A stretch of 64,000 nt of DNA from Bacillota bacterium (GTDB lineage: Bacteria; Bacillota; Limnochordia; Darwinibacteriales; Darwinibacteriaceae): the NCBI GenBank assembly GCA_030054835.1, contig JASGVS010000010.1:74276-138275 (forward strand). The letters are read 5' to 3'. Below, piece after piece: positions 56,664 to 64,000 of this stretch. Numbering within the stretch: position 1 is the stretch's first letter; each line of letters begins with the position of its first letter. Under the pieces are notes generated by a model, which ran no database searches, was not told the DNA's origin, and was given only the letters and a program-made list of their open reading frames with translations. Position numbers and translations under genes: made by a program.

Positions 56664-58703
56664 CTAGTAGATTTTACGGTTCTTCTCGTCAGGAATGCCC
56701 GATTTGCGGTAGAAGTAATTGTTGATAACATCCCGCCACTCCTGGGCATCAACGAGCTGCCCACGCAACCTGTCTAAGATATGTTCATACGCCTCTTGCT
56801 CTACCAATCCCTGCAAATTCTGCCAACTTTTTATCATTTCCTCTACCTGCTCCACGCCCTCGAAATGCGTGTCGTAAACATGCTGGATAAGCGTCTTTCC
56901 AGACTTCAGCTTGTAGGTGTAGGGAATGCGATGGAAGAAGAGGAGAAGCTCCTCGGGACAGGTCTCAACGTTCTCGTACATCTCCGCGTTTTCAGGGAAA
57001 TACTGGCCTGCGTAGCCCGTACCATTCTTAACGCTGCGGTCCACACCGATGGCCTCATGGTTTGCCCTGTGGTAGGTACCCCACTTGGAATACTCGTACC
57101 CTTCCGGACTGGGGCCATAATGGTGGTTGATATTGCACATCCAGCCAATACCCAACGGCACTGTGTATTTCTCATAAACTTCCCAGGATTCAAGCAGCAT
57201 CTTTGCCACGGTATCCATCACCTTGTCGTTGTGGCCGAATGTACCCAAGATCCACTCCCGGGTGATTTCTTCCGCCGACAGGTTAGGATCCCAAGCTAAA
57301 CGGCCATAGCCGTAAAGGTTGGCTTGGGCAAGTGTGTGCCCGGTCCAGTTTAGGTCCCTACCCACGTTCACCACTGCCGTAATACCGCTGTAGGACTGCT
57401 CGATCAGTTCCCCGGAGATAATCCTATCCACAGTAGAGCCAGGTCCTTTGGCATACGTATCGAAGTCAAGGATTTCTTTCCACTGGGGTATCAAATAGCA
57501 CAGGTGGCGCTGCTGTCCAGTGTATTCCTGGGTAATCTGCAGTTCCAGCATTTGATTGGTTCGCTGCAGTGCACCGAACAGGGGCGAAACCGGCTCCCGC
57601 ACTTGGAAATCCATGGGACCGTTTTTAATCTGGAGAATGACGTTGTCGTCAAACTTACCATCCAACGGATAGAAAACGTCGTAAGCTGCCCTGGCCCGAT
57701 CTGTTTTGTGATCACGCCAGTCCTGCTGGCAGTTGTAGACGAAGCACCGCCAGATCAAAATACCGCCAAAGGGTTTGAGCGCTCTGCCTAAAAGGTTGGC
57801 ACCATCCGCATGGTCGCGCCCGTAGGTAAAGGGTCCAGGACGGAACTCCGAGTCAGCCTTGACCAGATACCCACCTAGATCAGGAATCTGCTCGTAGACC
57901 TTAGCGGTCTGCTCACTCCACCACTGCTGCACCTTCTCATCCAGGGGATCAGCCGTATCCAGACCGCCAATCTCCATTGGGCTGGCAAAGTTGATGGATA
58001 CAAAGACGCTAATCCCGTAAGGACGGAATATATCGGCAATCGTTTTGACCACATCAAGGCGAGAGTCAATGAAAGTGGTCTCCAAGGCGTGCACGTTGAC
58101 GTTGTTTATAGCCACCGCGTTGATGCCTATGGAAGCCAACATCCTGGCGTAATCTTCCACACGTCCCAGGTCACCTGTGAGTTTGTTGTTATCATAGAAA
58201 AAGGATTTGCCCGCGTAACCCCTTTCAATAGAACCATCAAAGTTGTCCCAATGGTTCAGCATACGCAGGGGGTTTTTGGGGTTATCCAGCAGATCAATCG
58301 TTTCTAGATTTTTACCGCCCTGCAGTTCACGTAAAAAGGCAAAGGCACCATAAAGAAGGCCACGTTCACTGGGGCTGGAGATAACGATCTGGACCTTGTT
58401 TTCAACCTCAACTGCCTTAACTATGTAGCCTTCTTCCTGCAGCCGTTCATCCGCGAGATAGTTAACTCCGGCAACGATGGAAGTATCACTCTCCGGGCTG
58501 GTCTGTACTACAGGCTTTTCACCCAAGAGCTCGGCCAAACCCAAGCTCAGCTCCTTTTCCACCGTTTTGAGGATTAACCCCTCTCCAAGCACACAAATGC
58601 TGGTCAGCTGCTGTTTGTAGTCACCAAGAACGGGATGATCCCGCAGATGGCTGTAGTTTAGCCAGCATTTGTACTGTTGCTTCTGCTTCACTAACCGCTC
58701 CAT
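56664..58703 (-). CDS. aguA: alpha-glucuronidase, glycoside hydrolase family 67
   Basis: ~680 aa with GH67 hallmarks (…[17 protein letters not shown]…, …[23 protein letters not shown]…, …[10 protein letters not shown]…); ATG (MERLVKQ) with AGGA RBS chosen; ORF-track TTG start 58727 would overlap gntR. Confidence 0.85.
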   Translation of the reverse strand: MERLVKQKQQYKCWLNYSHLRDHPVLGDYKQQLTSICVLGEGLILKTVEKELSLGLAELLGEKPVVQTSPESDTSIVAGVNYLADERLQEEGYIVKAVEVENKVQIVISSPSERGLLYGAFAFLRELQGGKNLETIDLLDNPKNPLRMLNHWDNFDGSIERGYAGKSFFYDNNKLTGDLGRVEDYARMLASIGINAVAINNVNVHALETTFIDSRLDVVKTIADIFRPYGISVFVSINFASPMEIGGLDTADPLDEKVQQWWSEQTAKVYEQIPDLGGYLVKADSEFRPGPFTYGRDHADGANLLGRALKPFGGILIWRCFVYNCQQDWRDHKTDRARAAYDVFYPLDGKFDDNVILQIKNGPMDFQVREPVSPLFGALQRTNQMLELQITQEYTGQQRHLCYLIPQWKEILDFDTYAKGPGSTVDRIISGELIEQSYSGITAVVNVGRDLNWTGHTLAQANLYGYGRLAWDPNLSAEEITREWILGTFGHNDKVMDTVAKMLLESWEVYEKYTVPLGIGWMCNINHHYGPSPEGYEYSKWGTYHRANHEAIGVDRSVKNGTGYAGQYFPENAEMYENVETCPEELLLFFHRIPYTYKLKSGKTLIQHVYDTHFEGVEQVEEMIKSWQNLQGLVEQEAYEHILDRLRGQLVDAQEWRDVINNYFYRKSGIPDEKNRKIY

Positions 58704-58713
58704 CCTTTCTATC

Positions 58714-59424
58714 CTACGGCTGGACAAAGTAATCTGGAAATTCCTTTCTCAGCCTTTCCCTGTCCATAATCGCCATGCGTAGATGTTCTCTCACTACTCG
58801 TGCTACCTGTTCCTTATCGCCCTTTCTCAGACCCTCAAATATGGCATAATGCTGCCGGACTATCGTATCCCAGTTGAAATCATGGGAAAGGCGCAGCACC
58901 CGGGCCCGGTAGAAGTCGTGGCTGAGCTGGCTCACCGCCTCCCAAGTGCGGGCTCTACCGCAGGCGCGGAAAATTGTTGCATGGAAATGATCATCCAAGG
59001 CCAGCATACGCAGATAATCCTTGTTACGGCAGCTGATTTCCTGAGCTGCCAGAGTAGTTTCCAGCCTAAAGAGATCGTCTTCAGATAAACGACCTGCTGC
59101 CTCGCTGATCACTGCCGTTTCCACCAGCTCCCGCACGTACCTGCCCTCTTCCAAGTATTCCAGGTTGATCAAAGAGACATAGGTGCCCCGCTGCGGGTAA
59201 ATTTCCACCAATCCGTCCTGCATTAGGCACATGAAAACCTCCCGCACCGGTGTACGGCTCACCTCGAATCTCTCTGAGACTTCCTGTTCAGACATTTTCG
59301 TACCCGGCTTTAGGATCAGGTGTAAAATATCGTGCCGCAAGGCCCGATACACGGTGTCACGGGCTGATTCACGACCTTGGGGATTTAGACTCGAAACTAA
59401 GACAGAAATGGCGACCTCCTCCAA
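58714..59424 (-). CDS. GntR/FadR-family transcriptional regulator (FCD C-terminal domain; UxuR-like)
   Basis: N-terminal winged HTH (…[25 protein letters not shown]…), C-terminal FCD-like helices; first gene upstream of aguA-xylA. Confidence 0.75.
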   Translation of the reverse strand: MEEVAISVLVSSLNPQGRESARDTVYRALRHDILHLILKPGTKMSEQEVSERFEVSRTPVREVFMCLMQDGLVEIYPQRGTYVSLINLEYLEEGRYVRELVETAVISEAAGRLSEDDLFRLETTLAAQEISCRNKDYLRMLALDDHFHATIFRACGRARTWEAVSQLSHDFYRARVLRLSHDFNWDTIVRQHYAIFEGLRKGDKEQVARVVREHLRMAIMDRERLRKEFPDYFVQP

Positions 59425-59468
59425 TGGGGCGGCAGCACGAAACTGCCATACTAGTATACCTTAATGCT

Positions 59469-59493
59469 AGTTGACTTTTTGTAAAATGTCAAC
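59469..59493. promoter_or_regulatory. 7-bp inverted repeat AGTTGAC-N11-GTCAACT in gntR promoter region, candidate GntR operator
   Basis: Located ~45 nt upstream of gntR start; contains TTGACA-like -35 on minus strand. Confidence 0.4.
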
Positions 59494-59513
59494 TAATTAT
59501 CTGTAGATGTCTG

Positions 59514-60755
59514 TTAAACTACTACCTCGATCACAGCCTCGCCGCTCTCAGCTAGGTTGAATTTGACTGTCTTGCCCTGGTAGCGCAGCTCATACTCGCC
59601 CAAAAAGCCGTTGAAGCTGACACTTCCGTCTTCAGCTGTTCTAAAGGTGGTGGGTTCCAGCCACCATTCCCCCTTCACCAGCTTGTAAAGTTCTTGGTAG
59701 GCTGGTTTGGGAGTTAGGTCTTTGCGCAGCAACCCGCTGGGTGCGTTCAGCCATTGGCCGTCTACGAAATCCCACCAAGTAATCGCCTCCACTAACGGAT
59801 GGGCAAGGAGGGTCTTGTAATGGAGAACGGCCTCCTCCGCCTGACGTGCCTCCCCTTCCTCTGTGGTTGGCCAATCATCAACCTGCCAGTCATTCAGGTC
59901 CACAATGTGTTTGGGCATCAGTTCACCCGAAACCAGGTTGGTTTCGGTGAAGTGGATTGGCCGGTTGAACCTTTCAAAGCGGGCAAGAATCCGCTCCGTC
60001 TTCTCAACGCCCCAGTAGCCCTGGTGCATGTGGGACTGGATACCGATTACATCTATGTCTATGCCTGCCTCTAAGCAGCCTTCAACCAAAATGTCGTAGG
60101 CTGGCGAGGTATCAAAGTCATTTATCAGGAGGATGGCGTTTGGATTGGCTTCCCTGGCCGCCTCAAACACCCGGCGCACAGTCTCAATCCGCCCGTATTC
60201 TTTGCAGATGCGGGTAACAGCGTTGTCGTACTTATCGAAGTTGGGCATAATCACAACTTCGTTAATCACATCCCAAACATCTACGTAACCTTTAAAATCA
60301 GTTACTTCCCGCTTAATCCTCTCCAGCTGGATACGCATAATCTCTTCGTTGCTGTAATCCATAAGCCAATCGGCACAGACCGTATGCCAGCAGAGGGGAT
60401 GCCCTTTAGAAGGAATTCCCTGGTCTTTGAACCACTTGGCCGTGTTCAAGACCCGTTCCGTGTCTGGCTGTCCCTCAACCGGTTCGAATCTGCCCCAGTA
60501 AAAAGGCAGTGTTACAAAATTAAAGAGATCCAGATAACGGGACTTTATCTCTTCTGCCCGCTCCTTGGCCTCACCGGTCAACTCATTGTTAACGTAGGGA
60601 ATCATAAAGCGGCCCATACTGCCAAGCTGAAACTTGTGATTAGTCTGGGCTATTTCCACTTCTCCCCCGCTGATGGGGGTGCCGTCCTGACTTTTTACTG
60701 TAAGCTTCACATCTGCCGCGCGGATCTTTTTAATGGACTGGTCCAGGTTATACAT
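59514..60755 (-). CDS. glycoside hydrolase family 10-like intracellular xylanase/xylo-oligosaccharide hydrolase
   Basis: 413 aa; WDVINE (acid/base region) and IHFTETN (nucleophile region) resemble GH10 WDVVNE/ITELD; no signal peptide. Confidence 0.6.
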   Translation of the reverse strand: MYNLDQSIKKIRAADVKLTVKSQDGTPISGGEVEIAQTNHKFQLGSMGRFMIPYVNNELTGEAKERAEEIKSRYLDLFNFVTLPFYWGRFEPVEGQPDTERVLNTAKWFKDQGIPSKGHPLCWHTVCADWLMDYSNEEIMRIQLERIKREVTDFKGYVDVWDVINEVVIMPNFDKYDNAVTRICKEYGRIETVRRVFEAAREANPNAILLINDFDTSPAYDILVEGCLEAGIDIDVIGIQSHMHQGYWGVEKTERILARFERFNRPIHFTETNLVSGELMPKHIVDLNDWQVDDWPTTEEGEARQAEEAVLHYKTLLAHPLVEAITWWDFVDGQWLNAPSGLLRKDLTPKPAYQELYKLVKGEWWLEPTTFRTAEDGSVSFNGFLGEYELRYQGKTVKFNLAESGEAVIEVVV

Positions 60756-60807
60756 GCTCCATTCCCCTTCCTCCTGAAAGATTCGTATTAACTCCGTTTA
60801 AACGCTG

Positions 60808-61632
60808 TTATACGCCGGAATAGGCGTTGAAGCCGCCATCCACAACAACCACGGAACCGGTCACAAAACGGCTCGCATCGCTGACCAGCCAGAGCAGAGC
60901 GCCGATTAGGTCTTTGGGCTCACCAAAACGGCCCATGGGTGTGTTGGATAGGATCTGCTGGCCCCGCTGGGTGTAGCTGCCATCGGGATTCACCAACAGG
61001 CGGTAGTTCTGTTCCGCAATGAAGAAGCCCGGTGCAATGGCATTGACCCGAATATTGGGGGAAACCTCCTGTGCCATATAAACCGCCAACCACTCGGTGA
61101 AGTTGTTGACAGCCGCCTTAGCAGCTGCGTAAGCCACCACTCTGGTCATGGGGTGGAAAGATGCGGCGGAAGAGATGTTGATTATCACACCGTCTTCCTG
61201 CTTGGCCATAACCTCACCGAAGACCTGGGAGGGCAAGAACGTACCCAGGAAATTCAAGGCGAAGACGTCTTTTACTGCACCAAAATCAAGATCGAAGAAG
61301 GACTGCTCTTGATTGGTGGTAGCGGAAGGATGGTTGCCCCCTGCTCCGTTTACCAGAATATCAATGCGGCCAAACTCCTTCACTATCTGATCCCGGGCTG
61401 CAGCTAAGGCCTCTGCACTCAGAACATCGGCAGCGATACCGATGGCGTTACCGCCCAGTTCCCTAATCTCTGCCACAACCTCATCAATCTTGGCCTGGTT
61501 AAGGGCCAGAACCACAACGTTGCAGCCAGCCTTGGCCAGGGCCCGTGCCATTTCACTGCACAGGACCCCGCTCCCGCCGGTTACAACTGCTGTCTTACCA
61601 GCTATATCCATGTATTTTGCCATCTCTGTCAC
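60808..61632 (-). CDS. short-chain dehydrogenase/reductase (D-mannonate oxidoreductase UxuB-like SDR)
   Basis: TGGSGVLC (TGxxxGxG), NGAG, catalytic YAAAK; GTG start with GAGGAGG RBS chosen over ORF-track 61719. Confidence 0.7.
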   Translation of the reverse strand: MTEMAKYMDIAGKTAVVTGGSGVLCSEMARALAKAGCNVVVLALNQAKIDEVVAEIRELGGNAIGIAADVLSAEALAAARDQIVKEFGRIDILVNGAGGNHPSATTNQEQSFFDLDFGAVKDVFALNFLGTFLPSQVFGEVMAKQEDGVIINISSAASFHPMTRVVAYAAAKAAVNNFTEWLAVYMAQEVSPNIRVNAIAPGFFIAEQNYRLLVNPDGSYTQRGQQILSNTPMGRFGEPKDLIGALLWLVSDASRFVTGSVVVVDGGFNAYSGV

Positions 61633-63515
61633 TATAAATCCTCCTCGTATGTGGTGGAAAAGGGAGCGGCAGGCAATCCCGCTTGATTGTACAAGTTGCA
61701 CTTGGGATCGTTTGCCCACGCATAGCGTAAGCCGCAGGGTTCCTTGACCCGTTCACTGCGGAGTAGGACACTGTTCCCCACCACTTTCCCCTCTGCGGGG
61801 TAGTACTGACCGTCTGACCCGCAGATTTCAAAGCCTTCCAGTTCCTCTCCGCCCACAACTAAGGCACTGCCAAAGGTTTCGAAGGAAACTAAAAGCTCCT
61901 CACCACGCCGCTCAAAGCCAGAGTAAATAGGTCCCTGGGCCACAATGTCCTCGCCGAACACTTGGCGTTTTGCCAAGAGAGCGAGCCTCTGTCCCACCGT
62001 TTTTTTGTCCTGGGGATGGAGATCGTTGCCCTCACCCACATCGATGGTTACTGCCATGCCCGTATTGGGAATCTGCAACGATTCTTTCTGCACTTCCCTG
62101 AAGATGGACCAGCTGTATTCCTGGGAGAACTCCCACAACTCAGCGGCGAAATTGGGCAGCTGAACGTAGAAGAAGGGAAGGTCAGGCTGCTCAAACTGCT
62201 TCCGCCAAAGTTGTACCATGGCTTCAAATTGGGACGGGTACTGCCTTGCCCGGCCCACATTGGACTCGCCCTGGTACCACAGGACGCCCTTGACGGCAAG
62301 ATTGCGAAGGGGTGCGACCATACCATTGTATAGGCCTGTGGGGGACCATTGGAAAAAGGTAGCATGGGGCAGATTGGACTGCACCGCACCAACCCTGTAC
62401 TTCCACTCCCCATCCAGGTAGAGTTTTGCCTCCCCGGCTGTAATCGAGTACTCCTTACCGGTGACAAAGCCGCCGCCGGCCCTATTTACAATTACCCGCA
62501 CAGCCAATGTGTTGCGACCTTCACGCAGCACTCCTGCAGGTAGTTCATACCGCCTGGGCGGGTATTTGTATTCAGTCTTACCAACCAAAACACCGTTTAA
62601 GTAAGTTTCGTCAGCGTCAATAATGGCACCAAGACGGAGAAGCATGTCGTCCTGCAGAAAACCAGTTGGAACGTCAAACTCTTTCCGCAGCCAAACTGAA
62701 CCCGTTACTCCCTCCAAGGCTGTACCCTGCCACACTCCCGGCACCGATATCGTTTCCCAATCGGCGTCATCGTAGTCAGGCTCGGCCCAGCCCTTCAGGC
62801 CTAGGTCCTTCTCGTTCAGTTCACCATACCACTGCTGCATCCGTTCCATTTCTGCTTTCATGGTGGACTTAACATGATTTTCGTCTCGCACACGCGCCAA
62901 AATGGCCTGATAATTTCCAAGACCCATAAGCGTCTCTTCATCTAACCAGGCCTCAACTGGACTGCCGCCTACGGCCGTTTGGATTAGGCCCTGCGGCACT
63001 TTGTATTCCTCAAAAAGTTCCTGAGCGAAGAAATAGCCGACAGCGCTGAACTCCAAAACACTCTGCGGTGTTACGCTCTGCCAGCTACCTCCGGACAGTT
63101 CACTTTTGGGGCCGGCGAAGTCATAGACTTGCGGCACAGTAAATTGGCGGATCAGAGGATTCTCTGCCGTGGCCACTTCCTCTGCAAAGAGGTCCAGAGT
63201 CCTGCCCACTGGCAGCTCCATATTGGACTGACCGCCTAACAACCAAACATCCCCAATGTAAACATCATCAACAACAAGTTCTTCGTATCCTGAAATCCTC
63301 ATCCGGTACGGACCGCCTGCTGGTAGGGCTGGAAGGGAAACTTTCCAGTCACCAGCGTGATCACTGGCCGTACTAAAAGTACGGCCAGCGAATTCAATCT
63401 CTAATTCAGCATTGGTTTCTGCAGTTCCCCAGACTGCAACTTCTCTGTCTCTCTGCAGTACCATGCCATCAGAAAACAGCGGAGATACTCGGATGGGCAC
63501 TCTGTTCTGCCCCAT
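61632..63515 (-). CDS. sialate-O-acetylesterase-family (SASA/SGNH-like) carbohydrate esterase, probable acetyl-xylan/xylo-oligosaccharide deacetylase
   Basis: 627 aa; GGQSNM motif near N-terminus, second esterase half (LWYQGESN); no signal peptide; in xylan locus. Confidence 0.65.
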   Translation of the reverse strand: MGQNRVPIRVSPLFSDGMVLQRDREVAVWGTAETNAELEIEFAGRTFSTASDHAGDWKVSLPALPAGGPYRMRISGYEELVVDDVYIGDVWLLGGQSNMELPVGRTLDLFAEEVATAENPLIRQFTVPQVYDFAGPKSELSGGSWQSVTPQSVLEFSAVGYFFAQELFEEYKVPQGLIQTAVGGSPVEAWLDEETLMGLGNYQAILARVRDENHVKSTMKAEMERMQQWYGELNEKDLGLKGWAEPDYDDADWETISVPGVWQGTALEGVTGSVWLRKEFDVPTGFLQDDMLLRLGAIIDADETYLNGVLVGKTEYKYPPRRYELPAGVLREGRNTLAVRVIVNRAGGGFVTGKEYSITAGEAKLYLDGEWKYRVGAVQSNLPHATFFQWSPTGLYNGMVAPLRNLAVKGVLWYQGESNVGRARQYPSQFEAMVQLWRKQFEQPDLPFFYVQLPNFAAELWEFSQEYSWSIFREVQKESLQIPNTGMAVTIDVGEGNDLHPQDKKTVGQRLALLAKRQVFGEDIVAQGPIYSGFERRGEELLVSFETFGSALVVGGEELEGFEICGSDGQYYPAEGKVVGNSVLLRSERVKEPCGLRYAWANDPKCNLYNQAGLPAAPFSTTYEEDL

Positions 63516-63529
63516 TTTACGCCTCCTGA

Positions 63530-64000
63530 TTATTCTCCTGCGATACCAGATGTACCCATCGTCTGAACGATCTGAGTCTGGTTAATGATAAACACGGTAA
63601 TCGGTACAATCATCAAAATCACGGTTACTGCTGCTGCTACACCTGCCCGGCCGACACCGCCGCCAATGATCTGGCTGAGGGCGTAGGGTAAGGGTTTCAG
63701 TTCCTCAGCGTAGAGGAACATTCCGCCCTGCTCGCCCCAGAGGTTCTGGAAGCTCAGAATAATCAAGGTGAGCCACGCAGGCTTAACGATTGGCATCGTG
63801 ATCCGCCAGTAACAGTCAAACTCGCTCGCGCCGTCAATCCGGGCTGACTCTAAGAGCGACTCATGGACCATATGGTCAATAAAGTTACGCATCAGGTAGA
63901 CCCCGAGCGTAGCCGCCCACGCCGGTACGATAATGGCAGCGTAGGAGTTGATCCAGTTCAAATAGGCCATGGTTAGATAGTGGGGAATGACGAGCACAGA
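63530..64000 (-). CDS. carbohydrate ABC transporter permease (MalG-like), C-terminal portion; gene continues beyond window end
   Basis: EAA-like loop ESARIDGASEFDCYWRITMP, C-terminal TM helices; ORF open to the window end. Confidence 0.7.
   Translation of the reverse strand, partial: SVLVIPHYLTMAYLNWINSYAAIIVPAWAATLGVYLMRNFIDHMVHESLLESARIDGASEFDCYWRITMPIVKPAWLTLIILSFQNLWGEQGGMFLYAEELKPLPYALSQIIGGGVGRAGVAAAVTVILMIVPITVFIINQTQIVQTMGTSGIAGE

Noticed and set aside
1-64000. CRISPR arrays, tRNA/rRNA genes, transposases, integrases and prophage genes
   Set aside because: I found no short regularly spaced direct repeats, no cloverleaf-compatible tRNA sequences, and no ORFs with DDE/transposase, tyrosine or serine recombinase, or phage structural hallmarks. 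The window appears to be core chromosome.

Overview
This window reads as a chromosomal segment from a Gram-positive bacterium, probably a Clostridia-like Firmicute. The evidence for that is roughly 55% GC, GGAGG-type ribosome-binding sites, frequent GTG/TTG start codons, and an aro operon laid out as in Clostridia. It is densely coding and most genes sit on the minus strand. I found no transposases, integrases, CRISPR arrays, or tRNA/rRNA genes.

Gene content in order:
- YhaN-like ATPase and YhaO/SbcD-like nuclease, a DNA-repair pair.
- A secreted protein with a stalk domain and a PrcB_C-like domain.
- A BMP-family nucleoside ABC transporter with four genes.
- A c-di-GMP signalling neighbourhood: a sensor-HAMP-GGDEF gene split by an in-frame TAG, a hemerythrin, and a membrane GGDEF.
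- kdgK and eda.
- LysE.
- An aromatic amino acid supraoperon: aroF-aroB-aroA-aroC followed by a chorismate mutase/ACT gene.
- A DUF1576-like membrane protein, a secreted WD40 beta-propeller lipoprotein, and glycerate kinase.
- A zinc-type metal uptake operon (znuA-znuC-znuB) led by a small ribbon-helix-helix plus Cys4 protein, with a heptad-repeat operator upstream.
- HAD hydrolase, then MarR and FtsH.
- A GltD-like oxidoreductase, a DUF554 protein, and an ABC-2 exporter with an XRE/AbrB regulator.
- An APH-fold kinase; a PII-like, isochorismatase and nitroreductase trio; DegV; GH4; a ROK kinase; an AEC transporter; CdaR.
- A P1B-type metal ATPase operon whose metal-binding motif is CPG rather than the usual CPC.
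- A large xylan and xylose utilisation locus from about 47.5 kb to the window end: galM, xylB, a TIM-barrel isomerase, two Gfo/Idh/MocA dehydrogenases, an orphan EIIC-Gat transporter, xylA, a GH67 alpha-glucuronidase, GntR, GH10, an SDR, a SASA-type esterase, and a partial sugar ABC permease.

The items most worth a second look are:
- the in-frame amber codon inside the HAMP domain of the sensor diguanylate cyclase;
- the RHH-Cys4 protein and its GTAATAC operator array at the head of znuACB;
- a candidate small RNA that ends in an intrinsic terminator, downstream of the hemerythrin gene;
- the secreted WD40 lipoprotein;
- the CPG-motif P1B ATPase operon;
- structured leaders with short upstream ORFs ahead of the EIIC-Gat and AEC transporter genes.

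Every call is made by eye from the translations and sequence. I ran no database searches.
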